From IMG/VR virus record IMGVR_UViG_3300032268_000694, positions 1-64,000 of that record: a stretch of DNA of 64,000 bases. One strand, 5' to 3'. Both the position numbers and the translations under genes were made by a program. Below the pieces are notes generated by a model, which made no database searches, had not been told where the DNA came from, and saw nothing but the letters and a program-made list of their open reading frames with translations. Positions 28,456 through 38,859 of this stretch are shown here, piece by piece. The first letter of the stretch is position 1. Every line of letters starts with the position of its first letter. The DNA comes from a virus.

Positions 28456-29751
28456 ATGAACTTAGGACAATACTTAGTACAACAACTGTTAGAAGCAGAA
28501 CAAACAACAATTGCTTTGTTTCCTGGTGCTTTCAAACCACCACACAAAGGTCACTTTGCTGTAGTTAAAAAATTATTAGAAAATGCTGATCAAGTAGTTG
28601 TATTAATATCACCTAAAACACGTGAAGGTATTACTGCAGACGAAAGTGTTGCTGTGTGGGAACTATATAAAACATTACTAGATGGTTCTGTTGAAATAAG
28701 AGTTGCAGCAGAAAATCCAGTTAGAGAAACATATGATGTAATTAAAAATAATCCTGATACTAACTTTGTAGTAGCATTTGGTAAAAACGATGCTGATAGA
28801 TTTAGACAAATGGGTAAAAACCCAAATGCAAAAGTATTTGATGCTGGTACGTTTGAAGGCCAAAATGCAACAGGATTAAGAGCAGCATTAGCCGCTAATA
28901 ACGAAGATGCAATCAAACAATTCCTTCCAGATGGTGTTGATATAGCTGATTTCTTAATGGCTTTAAGTAAAGCTAAAAAAGAAGAACCACCTGTTGAAGA
29001 ACCAGCAGCTGCTCCTGCAGCTGAACCAGCTCCAGTAGCAGAATATAAATCTATAAATCAAGACGATACATTTGCTAATTATGTTTTAAGTAAAGAAACA
29101 GAAATAGAGCAAGCAGCACAGGATTTTAATTTTCCTATCCCAGATATAAGATATGCTTTTACTACAGGTAATATGGTTATATTAACAGATGACATTAAAT
29201 CTAAATTAGAAAATAAAGATCATCGTGATGAAGATAAAGGTGCTGGTCCAGCAATGATATTGAATTACGATAAAGACAAATATTATTTAGTATACGGTAG
29301 TCATTTAATACACGGTGAAGATCCTAAAGTATTAATGGCTGTATTAGATCTAGAAGGACCTAAACCATTCCCATTAAAAGAAGGTAAGCTAAACGAAAGC
29401 GAAACAGCGACTATTGGTGAATTTGTAAAGTATGCTATAAAAAACTTGGGAATTCAAAGTCCTCCCCGTAACTTATCGCTATCATACGATACAAATAAAG
29501 CGAAGGAAATGAGGAGTTTTGGTTATTTTAGTCCAAATGATAATAAAATATGGGTTTACTGCGCTAATAGAAATATGGCTGACATATTGAGAACACTAGC
29601 ACACGAATTAGTACACCGTAAGCAAGACGAAGACGGACGTATTAATTACGAAAGCGGTAAAACGGGAAGTGAGATTGAAAACGAAGCAAACGCTATGGCT
29701 GGGGTTTTATTAAGAGATTTTGGCAAACAACACGAAGAAATTTATCAATAG
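28456..29751 (+). CDS. HxGH nucleotidyltransferase fused to a HExxH metallopeptidase-like domain
   Basis: LFPGAFKPPHKGH; ATGLR; LRTLAHELVH...ENEANA; L-x-E linkers. Confidence 0.75.
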   Translation: MNLGQYLVQQLLEAEQTTIALFPGAFKPPHKGHFAVVKKLLENADQVVVLISPKTREGITADESVAVWELYKTLLDGSVEIRVAAENPVRETYDVIKNNPDTNFVVAFGKNDADRFRQMGKNPNAKVFDAGTFEGQNATGLRAALAANNEDAIKQFLPDGVDIADFLMALSKAKKEEPPVEEPAAAPAAEPAPVAEYKSINQDDTFANYVLSKETEIEQAAQDFNFPIPDIRYAFTTGNMVILTDDIKSKLENKDHRDEDKGAGPAMILNYDKDKYYLVYGSHLIHGEDPKVLMAVLDLEGPKPFPLKEGKLNESETATIGEFVKYAIKNLGIQSPPRNLSLSYDTNKAKEMRSFGYFSPNDNKIWVYCANRNMADILRTLAHELVHRKQDEDGRINYESGKTGSEIENEANAMAGVLLRDFGKQHEEIYQ

Positions 29752-29753
29752 TT

Positions 29754-30221
29754 ATGTATATTATTTACTGTGACATGGACGGTGTCCTTGTTGATTTTGA
29801 GAAAGGTTACTACGATTTAACTGGTACCTCTACTAAACAATTTCCTAAGGGTGACAATTCATTTTGGCAACCAATAAGTGATGCTGGTGCTGAATTTTGG
29901 GCTACTTTACCTTGGATGCCTGATGGAAAAGAATTATGGAATTATATTAAGAAATATAAACCAAACATTCTATCATCCCCATCTCAGGACCCATCATCTA
30001 AAGTAGGTAAGGAAGCTTGGTTAACAATGAACTTACAAGGCGGGTATAAGAAAGCATATTTCTATGGTAGAGCTAATAAGCAATTATTCTCAGATAAAAA
30101 TAGAATATTAATTGACGATTTACCAAACACAATTAATGAATGGAATGCTAAAGGTGGTATTGGTATCTTACACACCTCAGCAGCCAACACAATAAAGGAA
30201 CTTAAAAAATTAGGGTTATAA
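29754..30221 (+). CDS. HAD-family 5'(3')-deoxyribonucleotidase
   Basis: IYCDMDGVLVDF, ILSSP, GKEAW, ILIDD. Confidence 0.85.
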   Translation: MYIIYCDMDGVLVDFEKGYYDLTGTSTKQFPKGDNSFWQPISDAGAEFWATLPWMPDGKELWNYIKKYKPNILSSPSQDPSSKVGKEAWLTMNLQGGYKKAYFYGRANKQLFSDKNRILIDDLPNTINEWNAKGGIGILHTSAANTIKELKKLGL

Positions 30222-30805
30222 TGGAAGAATCAAAACTACAACGCGAGTTTAATCAACGCGACGTTCAACGTATGCGTAACATTATCACTAAAGATTATAA
30301 CGCTAAAACCACTACTCAAATTGGATATAGTAAAGCTCAAGCAGAACGTAAAGAAGGTGATGTTTGGGAAGAAGGTGGTAAAAACTGGACTCTTAAAAAT
30401 GGTATTAAACAAACTGTGACTCGTTTTGATGAAATTAAAAAAGTTATCAATTTACCTTTAGCTTGTCCTAAATGTAGCAAGGCTATGAAGCCTACTATGT
30501 TGAATAAGAAAATGTGGCCTATACACAAAATGTGTTTTGATTGTGTTATTGAAATGGAATCTGAATTAAAGCGTTTAGGTAAATTTGAAGAATATGCTAA
30601 AAACATTATTCACCGCGGTGCACGAACATACGTTAAGGATCTAGAAGATGCATTATTAGAATTAGCATTATATGAAAACAATGAAAGTTTTGTAACAGAA
30701 GCGGGAGACGTTGAAAAATGGACAGGTAAAGGTATAGACAAAGAAAAAATCACCAAGGAGATACAGGAACACATACAAGAAATCAAGGATCAACTTGATA
30801 CGTAA
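30221..30805 (+). CDS. Zinc-finger hypothetical protein
   Basis: EGDVWEE..K.W motif; CPKC...CFDC. Confidence 0.75.
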   Translation: MEESKLQREFNQRDVQRMRNIITKDYNAKTTTQIGYSKAQAERKEGDVWEEGGKNWTLKNGIKQTVTRFDEIKKVINLPLACPKCSKAMKPTMLNKKMWPIHKMCFDCVIEMESELKRLGKFEEYAKNIIHRGARTYVKDLEDALLELALYENNESFVTEAGDVEKWTGKGIDKEKITKEIQEHIQEIKDQLDT

Positions 30806-30840
30806 TATTTATAGGTATAATTCACTATAAATTTCTTTTA

Positions 30841-31119
30841 ATGGACAACGTTTGGTCGGTACTTATCACAGCAATTACAGTTTTGAGTGGTACATCAGCC
30901 TTTAGATATTACGAAAAGCGTGCAATACGCAAAGAACGCGATGATGAATTTATTCGTCATGACTGCAAAGATCGTATTACTAAATTAGAAGCATTACTAG
31001 AAAAATCATCCCAAGAAAAAGACGAAATGCGCCAACAGATACTAGATTTAGTAGCTGAAGTGGCTTCATTACGTACTGAAATTAAATACCTAACTGATAA
31101 ACGCATTGGAGGCATATGA
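30841..31119 (+). CDS. Membrane-anchored coiled-coil protein (possible holin)
   Basis: Single N-terminal TM followed by a coiled coil; late motif. Confidence 0.55.
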   Translation: MDNVWSVLITAITVLSGTSAFRYYEKRAIRKERDDEFIRHDCKDRITKLEALLEKSSQEKDEMRQQILDLVAEVASLRTEIKYLTDKRIGGI

Positions 31120-31436
31120 TTAATTTAATATCTATATTAACTGAGGTTAAAGAAACATTTGAAAATTTTGCTACTGTTCGTGGTAAAGGTGCTGCTAAAA
31201 TTGCTGCTACCGCTGAAGAAAAAGGTGGATTATCCTTATTAACATGGCATCATTTTAAAGTTAAGGCTCCGTATTATAAAAAAGCAACTGAAGGTAAATT
31301 TGATAAAGAAGCAGCTATAAAAGAATTTGAAAAAACACTAAAAAGTATATCATTGAATATGACTCAAATAGAATTCCAACGTGAAGTTGGTCGTTTAGAG
31401 GTATTAGGTGAATTACTAATTAGAGACAAAAAATGA
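31116..31436 (+). CDS. Leader-bearing hypothetical protein
   Basis: Leader MINLISILTE. Confidence 0.7.
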   Translation: MINLISILTEVKETFENFATVRGKGAAKIAATAEEKGGLSLLTWHHFKVKAPYYKKATEGKFDKEAAIKEFEKTLKSISLNMTQIEFQREVGRLEVLGELLIRDKK

Positions 31437-32086
31437 GTTATTTAGTAGCAAATATACCACCAATTGAGGTTTATATTGATAAGCGTTTTTTGTATGATTT
31501 TCAAAAAGACGAAAAAGGTAAACTATTAGGAGATGGTGAGTGGGAAAAAGGACATTGGGTTAGTGTAAAATCTATCCCCAACCGTGTATTGTTATTCGAA
31601 ACATACATTGATACCTTTGGTGCTGTGTATGATAAATTACCTATTCACGCGTTTCGTTGGAGACCACTAAAATCAACAGATAAAGTGTTTCCATTAGATT
31701 TCCTACAGCTTTGGGATTGTTTATCGTATAATATATCAGTGATTGAAAAGAGAGTGTTAAGAGGTGTTAAAACGTATACTACAATGAAAGACCAATCCGT
31801 TATGGAAGGTGAATATTTATTTACAATTGATACAGCACATTCTGACCCAAATGAAATAGATTGTGGTTGGAGTGAAACACCAAATGAACATAAGTGTTAC
31901 AATGTATCAAAATTAGATAATGGACAAATATGCGCTCAACCAAACAATAGAACTAAATGGTACCAACCAAGTAGAACTAATGATATAACTGAAAAACCAT
32001 ATTTTAAATATTCCACTAAAATTTGGAAATCAGAAGACTATAGTAAATGGCGTCCATCTGATACTAATTGGGATTATAATAAATAA
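31433..32086 (+). CDS. Conserved phage protein of unknown function
   Basis: YLVANIPP, LQLWDC, YLFTID, EHKC, AQPNNR motifs recognisable from T4-like aquatic phages. Confidence 0.75.
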   Translation: MSYLVANIPPIEVYIDKRFLYDFQKDEKGKLLGDGEWEKGHWVSVKSIPNRVLLFETYIDTFGAVYDKLPIHAFRWRPLKSTDKVFPLDFLQLWDCLSYNISVIEKRVLRGVKTYTTMKDQSVMEGEYLFTIDTAHSDPNEIDCGWSETPNEHKCYNVSKLDNGQICAQPNNRTKWYQPSRTNDITEKPYFKYSTKIWKSEDYSKWRPSDTNWDYNK

Positions 32087-32091
32087 AATTT

Positions 32092-32742
32092 ATGATATAT
32101 TATTCAGATTATGATTTTGTTTGTGTTGATATTCTTAAAAATGGTTCTACTGGCTTAAGAAAAATATTTAAATTTGTTTTAGGAAGAGAATCAGATGAAT
32201 TATTTTTTATACGCAAACCTCAAATACACATAACAGTAGTTAGAAATCCATATAAAAGATTAATAACACAATTTTATCACATAAATAGAATCCAACTTTG
32301 GAAAGACTTTAAACATACTGTACATCATCCTTTTTTTAAAAAGTGGGTTAAAGAAATATATGAAGATGGATATAAGGGAAATGATAGTCATTTATATAAT
32401 CAAACCCACTTTTTACAATTTTATGAAAACTCAATAGATTATAAAATATTTAAATTAGAAGAATTAGTTGCACATGAATTATTCTTTTTTTTAGATTTAA
32501 CAGAAGAATATAAGATTGAAATAGATAATGAATATAAAAAAATAATAGATGAATTAGAAAAAAATACTCACCATGCTACTAATAATTTAATACAAGGAGT
32601 TTGGCAAAGCTATTATGATGTTGAAACTATTGAAATATGTAACAAATATTATGCAAATGATTTTGTAGCATTTAATTATGAAATTTTTGAACCTGAAGAA
32701 TTTGAACCTATATATTTTGAATACAAACCAAAACTGATTTAA
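32092..32742 (+). CDS. Sulfotransferase family 2-like protein
   Basis: ILKNGSTG (5'-PSB-like), VVRNPYKRL (3'-PB-like), H..NQ, YANDF..FNY. Confidence 0.65.
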   Translation: MIYYSDYDFVCVDILKNGSTGLRKIFKFVLGRESDELFFIRKPQIHITVVRNPYKRLITQFYHINRIQLWKDFKHTVHHPFFKKWVKEIYEDGYKGNDSHLYNQTHFLQFYENSIDYKIFKLEELVAHELFFFLDLTEEYKIEIDNEYKKIIDELEKNTHHATNNLIQGVWQSYYDVETIEICNKYYANDFVAFNYEIFEPEEFEPIYFEYKPKLI

Positions 32743-32753
32743 TATTTATTATT

Positions 32754-33635
32754 ATGATAAAGTTAACAGAAATACTACAAGATATAATAGCTGAAAAGAA
32801 ACTTTGCCCTAAAGGCAGAGCTTACTATAATCGCCGTAGAGCTGCTGGTGAAAAACCTTCAGCTTATCTTTCTGGTCGTGCTGTTAAGGTGTGTAAAGGA
32901 TTGATGGAAGAAGGAAGTGAGGATGAAGCATGGGAATTAGTAGGTCAAAAAGATCTAAATATATCTAAAATAGTAAAAAATGCTGGATTTAAATATGATG
33001 AAGAATCTGTTAATAAATTAATACCTATTATTGAAAAAACACCTGCAACTAATATTTCTCCATCTCAAGTAACAAAACTTAAAAATTTTAATAATAAATC
33101 TGGTGAAGAATCTCTTATAACAGATATAATCAAAATCAGTAAATCTCAGAATCCAAGACAAGGATATATAGATTTAATGACTAAAAGAGATTCAAATGAT
33201 AGTAATAGACAAAGAGGATATGATATTGGTAGTTTATATGATCAAGTAACAACAGGAAATTATGAACCTCCTGTATTAATTGATATAAATGGAACTCTAT
33301 ATGTAGTTGGTGGAAGAACTAGACTATATGCTAGTTTAGCAGCTAATAAAAATATAAAAGTTAAAATATTAAACTCAGATAAATTAATTAATTTAGATGA
33401 ATCACTTCGTGATTGGTTTAAAAAAGAAGATTGGGTTCGTATTGATACAGCAGGCAACATAACTGGTCCTTGCGGTACAATGAAAAAAGGTAATAAAACA
33501 ACTCGTTGTTTACCTCGTGCTAAAGCAAACCGTTTAACTAAAGCTGAACGCGCTGCTACATCAAAGAAAAAAGCAGCATCTGATAAGCAATTTGTACCTA
33601 ATACTAAAAAAGCAAAAGTAAAACTTAATAAGTAA
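32754..33635 (+). CDS. Leader-bearing multidomain protein with ParB-like domain
   Basis: Leader MIKLTEILQDIIAE; PPVLI...YVVGGRTRL (ParB-like); LDE then SLRDWFKKEDWV...PCG...CLP basic domain. Confidence 0.7.
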   Translation: MIKLTEILQDIIAEKKLCPKGRAYYNRRRAAGEKPSAYLSGRAVKVCKGLMEEGSEDEAWELVGQKDLNISKIVKNAGFKYDEESVNKLIPIIEKTPATNISPSQVTKLKNFNNKSGEESLITDIIKISKSQNPRQGYIDLMTKRDSNDSNRQRGYDIGSLYDQVTTGNYEPPVLIDINGTLYVVGGRTRLYASLAANKNIKVKILNSDKLINLDESLRDWFKKEDWVRIDTAGNITGPCGTMKKGNKTTRCLPRAKANRLTKAERAATSKKKAASDKQFVPNTKKAKVKLNK

Positions 33636-33639
33636 ACTA

Positions 33640-34191
33640 ATGAAAATATCAGAATTAAGACAATTAATTAAAGAAACTATTGAAGAAGCATTCTTCATTG
33701 GTGAAGATGATATCGATAATGTAGAGTGTAAAAAGTGTGGATGGAAATGGAAATTATCAAATGGTGGAGAAAATCCATACCTTTGCCATAAATGCGACTA
33801 TGATAATAGCTACGCTTACAATGATAGTATAGACGAATATGACGTTGAAAATGAACAAGACCTTAAAGAATTTATTGTCTTTATAAAAGAATATAAACAA
33901 GTATTAGCTGAAGGATGTGACTGCTTAACCGAAGCTGAATACCGTGGTCGCAAAGTGCAATTAGGCAAAATAATGCAGGGCGACATAAAGAAATTTAAGG
34001 TATTTGTTAAGAACAATAAGGGCAAAGTAGTTAAAGTTAACTTCGGATTTGGTGGTAAATCAGCCAAAGGTAAACGAATGGTAATTAAAGCTAAAAACCC
34101 AAAACGTCGCGCAGCATACAGAGCAAGACATAACTGTGATAACCCGGGACCACGTTGGAAAGCCAATTATTGGTCATGTAAAAAATGGTAA
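33640..34191 (+). CDS. Leader-bearing protein: Zn ribbon + basic C-terminal domain
   Basis: MKISELRQLIKETIEE; CKKC...CHKC; LTE then AEYRGRKV...ARHNC...YWSCKKW. Confidence 0.75.
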   Translation: MKISELRQLIKETIEEAFFIGEDDIDNVECKKCGWKWKLSNGGENPYLCHKCDYDNSYAYNDSIDEYDVENEQDLKEFIVFIKEYKQVLAEGCDCLTEAEYRGRKVQLGKIMQGDIKKFKVFVKNNKGKVVKVNFGFGGKSAKGKRMVIKAKNPKRRAAYRARHNCDNPGPRWKANYWSCKKW

Positions 34192-34231
34192 TTTAAATTT
34201 TAATATATTTATACATATAAACACACAAACA

Positions 34232-35062
34232 ATGAATATTAAAGAAGTACGTAACGTTATCCAACAAGTAATTGCCGAAGCAATGGAAAAAGAGGGTGGC
34301 TTACCAAAAAGCGGTGGAAAACTAGTACACCTTAAGAAAGAATTAGCTAGCTTAAAGAACATGAAAGAATCTTTAGGTCAATTGCAAATCGCTGAAGGCG
34401 GTGAACAACAATTCGTAGCTGAATATGCACATATGCAAAAATTCGTTACTGAATTAGAAAAAATTAAAACTGCTCACGCTAAATTAGCTGAAATGTTAGA
34501 CAAACAAATTTCTGAAGTTGAAACTAAAGTTTCATCTGAGACTGAAAAGATCAAAGAAATGGTTGGTTTAATCGAAAAAGCTCCTAAGAAAGACGCTAAG
34601 AAAGCTCCTGCTAAGAAAGACGATAAAAAAGCAGAGCCTAAAAAAGCTGAAAAGAAAGAAGAGCCTAAGGCTGACGATTCAAAAAAAAAAGCTAAAAAAT
34701 TAGACGAAGCATCTTTCTCAAGTACTGATGTTAATGCTATTTTAAAAGCTGCTAGAGCTGCTGTTGAAGCAGGTAAAGAGGTAACTGTTGATGGTATCAA
34801 AATAGGAAAGGTAGTATCTGGGTTAGGAAGATTTATTCCTGCTGATGGTAGCCAATCTTTAAAAATTATGGATTACGTTGGTGAACCAGAAAAAATTGTA
34901 ATTGACGGAGTCCCGGCTACATTAAAACCAATGGAACCTTCTAAACCACAACCTGATACAAGGACACCAGAAGAAAGAGCAGCTCAACAAAGAGCTTTTG
35001 ATGACAGATACGGACCTGGTGGTGGATATGATACAGCATTCGGAAGATACACAGGAGATTAA
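34232..35062 (+). CDS. Leader-bearing coiled-coil head protein with C-terminal appended domain
   Basis: Start moved to ATG 34232 after the late motif; MNIKEVRNVIQQVIAE; Lys-rich linker; LDE site. Confidence 0.75.
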   Translation: MNIKEVRNVIQQVIAEAMEKEGGLPKSGGKLVHLKKELASLKNMKESLGQLQIAEGGEQQFVAEYAHMQKFVTELEKIKTAHAKLAEMLDKQISEVETKVSSETEKIKEMVGLIEKAPKKDAKKAPAKKDDKKAEPKKAEKKEEPKADDSKKKAKKLDEASFSSTDVNAILKAARAAVEAGKEVTVDGIKIGKVVSGLGRFIPADGSQSLKIMDYVGEPEKIVIDGVPATLKPMEPSKPQPDTRTPEERAAQQRAFDDRYGPGGGYDTAFGRYTGD

Positions 35063-35073
35063 TATAAATAACA

Positions 35074-35448
35074 ATGATCAAATTACTCGACATATTAAAT
35101 GAAGCTCTTGATCCAGTAGGTAAAGAAGATGATGACATCAACAACGATGGTAAAGTAGATAAAACAGATAAATACTTAGCTACTCGTCGTAAAGCAATAT
35201 CTAAAAATGTAGATGAAACTCATCTAAATTGGCCTCCGACTCCAGACCATGAAGCTACTATGGCTATGGGTGAGTTAAGAAGTATGATAAAAAATAGTAT
35301 AACTATTTACAAAAATGTCAAACCAAATCAACAATTACCAGGTTGGGTTTCAGCATACGTAACTTTAGCATCTGATTATATGAATAGTGTTGCTCAATAC
35401 TTAGTTGAAGAAGAAGCTACATTAGGCCAAGAAATAAACAATGGATAA
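35074..35448 (+). CDS. Leader-bearing protein with EF-hand/dockerin-like loop
   Basis: [10 protein letters not shown]; [12 protein letters not shown]; [15 protein letters not shown]. Confidence 0.75.
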   Translation: MIKLLDILNEALDPVGKEDDDINNDGKVDKTDKYLATRRKAISKNVDETHLNWPPTPDHEATMAMGELRSMIKNSITIYKNVKPNQQLPGWVSAYVTLASDYMNSVAQYLVEEEATLGQEINNG

Positions 35449-35962
35449 ACAAATAATACTAGAAAAATATATTAAAGTAGCTGTTCGTAAAGCACTTCAA
35501 GAAGAAGAAGCTAGACAACAAAAAGCTACTAAAGCGATGTATCTAGTATATCGTTTTCCCGGCTTAAAGAAAATAATGGAAGATTTAATGTCTCCATCTT
35601 TTGGTCGTTTTATCACAGACGTTATTGTTGTAGCTCCTAAACCAACAACATTCTCAGCTAAACTAATTAATGCACAAGATTTCGGAATTATATACAACGG
35701 CAAAGGTAAATACACAATTAAAGTATCTGGTAAAAAATATAACGTTCAAAATTTAGGTGAATTAGAAAGAGCTCAACAAGCGATAGCTGATTTATTAGAA
35801 TTGAACTATGCTATTGATGAAAAAGTAGCAGGCGGAGCTGAAGCTCCAGTTGCAGATGCAGGTGCTGAAGCATTTAGCGCCGCATCAGCTGCACCAGCAG
35901 GTGAATTACCAGCTGAAACTCCAGCGGAAGAAGAAACTCCTGAAGAAACCCCAGCAGCATAA
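35441..35962 (+). CDS. Hypothetical head-associated protein
   Basis: [12 protein letters not shown] helix; acidic Ala/Pro tail. Confidence 0.7.
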   Translation: MDKQIILEKYIKVAVRKALQEEEARQQKATKAMYLVYRFPGLKKIMEDLMSPSFGRFITDVIVVAPKPTTFSAKLINAQDFGIIYNGKGKYTIKVSGKKYNVQNLGELERAQQAIADLLELNYAIDEKVAGGAEAPVADAGAEAFSAASAAPAGELPAETPAEEETPEETPAA

Positions 35963-37098
35963 TGACAGTTATAGATAAAATATTACGTGAATGGTCATTT
36001 AGATGCCATGATGGGATTGTTGATATAAACGATCCTATTAAACTGTCTATATTAAATGAAATACTTGGTTTTAATTTAGATGAAGTGAGACAACCATATG
36101 AATCCTTAACAGGAGCAGCTAAAGAAGAAGCTGATAAGTTAATTGAATTATTTAACTTAACTAAAGACAATATTCAAAAACAGACCTCTAAAAGAATAAT
36201 AATTTTATCTGATATACCTAGAAATGAAGTTTTTAAGAAATTACAAGATTTAGGATATAAACAAGATAGAACTATTTCTGGTTCATCAGCAGGTGGATTT
36301 ATTTCACCAGAAGGTATAGAAATTATAGTTAAATCTGAGACGTCTTCTAAAATAGGTGGTGCTGGAGTAGGTAATGAAAGGTTTTTTGTAGATGTAATAA
36401 ATAATCTTATTCAAGAAAGTGATGGTTCTGTTACTGTTATTATCAACGGTGGTGGTAAAACTTTAAAATACGATAATATAACTGAAGCTAAACATGTTGG
36501 TAAAGAAGGTGAGAAAAAAGGATGGAAAGCAGATGCTTTATTAATAGCAGGAAATGAAACATATCCAATTTCTTTAAAAGAAGATGGTCCCTTCCGTTGG
36601 GCTAGTGCTATGGGAGATCTTAAAGATCTTTATACAGCCGTACTTACTAAAGCTAGTAAAGATGAAATACCAAATCTTCAATTAAAAACAGACCCTGAAA
36701 ACCCTAGAGTACTTCAGATGTACAATCCTAGAACAAGTTCACCTTATGGTAGAATATTTGTAACAGATGTACCTCAACTAACTCAAGCAGAAAATATAAA
36801 TAAAATTATTTTTGGAGCTGATAATGCTATTGTTGTACAGCGAACCTTTACTGAATCTGATTTTGCACTGGCTGGAAATACTATAAATGTAACTGCTACT
36901 AAAATTATTACATCAATTGAAGATTTAAGTCCTGAAGATTATCCTATAGTAGAATTTGAACGTAATGCTTCAAAAGCAACTCAAACAAGTGGATTAACAG
37001 GTAGAGGTATTATAATAAGAATATCACCTAAAGGAAGAATGGATAAAGCAGGATCTAAAGCCAATAATTTAATATTGAACTATAACGATATAATGTAA
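35962..37098 (+). CDS. Restriction-endonuclease-like (PD-(D/E)xK) protein with N-terminal module
   Basis: GNE...KADALL...ISLK motif; N-terminal ILREWSFR..DG...ILNE..LDE. Confidence 0.55.
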   Translation: MTVIDKILREWSFRCHDGIVDINDPIKLSILNEILGFNLDEVRQPYESLTGAAKEEADKLIELFNLTKDNIQKQTSKRIIILSDIPRNEVFKKLQDLGYKQDRTISGSSAGGFISPEGIEIIVKSETSSKIGGAGVGNERFFVDVINNLIQESDGSVTVIINGGGKTLKYDNITEAKHVGKEGEKKGWKADALLIAGNETYPISLKEDGPFRWASAMGDLKDLYTAVLTKASKDEIPNLQLKTDPENPRVLQMYNPRTSSPYGRIFVTDVPQLTQAENINKIIFGADNAIVVQRTFTESDFALAGNTINVTATKIITSIEDLSPEDYPIVEFERNASKATQTSGLTGRGIIIRISPKGRMDKAGSKANNLILNYNDIM

Positions 37099-37101
37099 AA
37101 T

Positions 37102-37362
37102 ATGGAACAATTTAACCCATCAGACAAAATAACACTAGACGTACCTTTATTTATCCGTCTATTAGAATACGCTCGCGAAGACGCTAAAACCGATATGGAT
37201 TTACATAACGTAGCTGAAAAAGCAATCGCTGCAAGCGAAACCGGTAAAACATTAACAATGGCTGATTACGATGCTTTAGTAGCAGGTAATAGTGAAGATC
37301 AAGAAATGAACGAAATAAAAAGAATGATTAAGTTAGCAAATATCAAAACTTTCTTTAACTAA
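37102..37362 (+). CDS. Conserved small phage protein
   Basis: DVPLFIRLLEYAREDAKTDMDLH; C-terminal KRMIKLANIK motif. Confidence 0.75.
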   Translation: MEQFNPSDKITLDVPLFIRLLEYAREDAKTDMDLHNVAEKAIAASETGKTLTMADYDALVAGNSEDQEMNEIKRMIKLANIKTFFN

Positions 37363-37368
37363 CATACA

Positions 37369-37436
37369 GACAGATTCATAGCCTGTCGCATCGAACAATA
37401 TTTATGCAGCTGTGGCGCACCCAAAAGGTGTGCCAC
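37369..37436 (+). ncRNA. Candidate structured RNA (H-type pseudoknot overlapping a hairpin)
   Basis: Stem GACAG/CTGTC; loop CATAGC complementary to GCTGTG (37409-37414); hairpin GTGGCGCACC-CAAAA-GGTGTGCCAC. Confidence 0.4.
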
Positions 37437-37491
37437 CTTCTATTTTGAAAAGGCAAAATTTTTTATTATATTTACATGTTTAATTTAATTT

Positions 37492-38856
37492 ATGAATAAG
37501 AAAATAGTAATCATTGGAGCAGGAGTAGCAGGTATTAATGCTGCTACTAAATTAGTAGATAACGGATATCCTGGTGAATTAATCACCATCCTAGATAAAG
37601 GAAACGATCCAATTAACCGCTTACCTGAAGAGGTAATGACTGGTATGCTTGGTGCAGGTGGATGGAGTGATGGTAAATTAACATACCACACTGCAATTGG
37701 TGGTCAATTAGCTAAGTATTGCGGTGAAGAGAAAGCAATGGAATTAATGAAGCAAGTAGTAGATAACTTTACTCGTTTTCACCCTAAACCAGAAAAAATA
37801 TTCATGTCTGATCCACAGGAAGAACCTGAATTCATTAAACCATACTTTGGTTTAAGAATGTTTCCTGTATGGCATATTGGATCTAATTTCTTACATGAAA
37901 TTGCTAAAACATGGTATCAATATTTGTTAGATAAAGGAGTTAATTTTTGGTGGAATACAGTAGTATCTAATATTGATTTTAATAATAATAATATATTATT
38001 TAACCCACTTGGCATATCAGGCCCTACAGACACCCACTCAGTAAAATATGATGAATTAATATTTGCAGTAGGTAAATCAGGTATTGATTTTGCTCAAAAA
38101 TTAGCAGATGACTATAAATTACCTAATGAACCTAAATCAGTACAAATTGGTGTTCGATTTGAAGCACCACAAAAATATTTTCAAAAACTAATCGATGTAT
38201 CGTACGACTTTAAATTATACCAGAAATTTGATAATGTATCTTTAAGATCGTTCTGTACTAATAATAATGCTGCTTATGTTGCTGTAGAAGAAACATACGG
38301 TGATGTAAGTTATAATGGTCATGCTAAAAAAGGAAAAGAATTCGAAAACCAAATGACAAACTTTGGTATCTTAATGGAAATTAAAGGTATTGAAGATCCA
38401 TTTAAGTGGAGTAGAGATGTAGTAGCTAAATGTAACTTTACTGAAATTGGAGGTGAAGAACGTAGAATGGGGATGTATTATTCTCCATCATATGTAAATA
38501 AAGATGGAATTACATATAGTCATAGAGGTCCTTCATTAACCTCTGAAGGTGAACGTGTTAAAGCAGGTATAGGTGATGGAAATGTTTTAGATAAATTTAA
38601 AGATGCATTAGGTGAATATGCAGATTATATTTTAAATTTTATTGATAATATGAATAGTGTATTTAACTTTGGTGATGATTGGGGAATGTATATTCCTGAA
38701 GTAAAATACTTATCACCTGAACCATTAGTAAACTACGAAGATTTATCATTAAACGAATATCCAAACGTACACTTTGCTGGTGATGCTCTATCAGCTAGAG
38801 GTATTACAGTATCAGGAGCACATGGAATTTATATTGCAGAAAACTTAATAAAATAA
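37492..38856 (+). CDS. FAD-dependent oxidoreductase
   Basis: IIGAGVAG Rossmann motif; GAGGWSDGKL; IGVRFE; FAGD...RGI. Confidence 0.88.
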   Translation: MNKKIVIIGAGVAGINAATKLVDNGYPGELITILDKGNDPINRLPEEVMTGMLGAGGWSDGKLTYHTAIGGQLAKYCGEEKAMELMKQVVDNFTRFHPKPEKIFMSDPQEEPEFIKPYFGLRMFPVWHIGSNFLHEIAKTWYQYLLDKGVNFWWNTVVSNIDFNNNNILFNPLGISGPTDTHSVKYDELIFAVGKSGIDFAQKLADDYKLPNEPKSVQIGVRFEAPQKYFQKLIDVSYDFKLYQKFDNVSLRSFCTNNNAAYVAVEETYGDVSYNGHAKKGKEFENQMTNFGILMEIKGIEDPFKWSRDVVAKCNFTEIGGEERRMGMYYSPSYVNKDGITYSHRGPSLTSEGERVKAGIGDGNVLDKFKDALGEYADYILNFIDNMNSVFNFGDDWGMYIPEVKYLSPEPLVNYEDLSLNEYPNVHFAGDALSARGITVSGAHGIYIAENLIK

Positions 38857-38859
38857 AAT

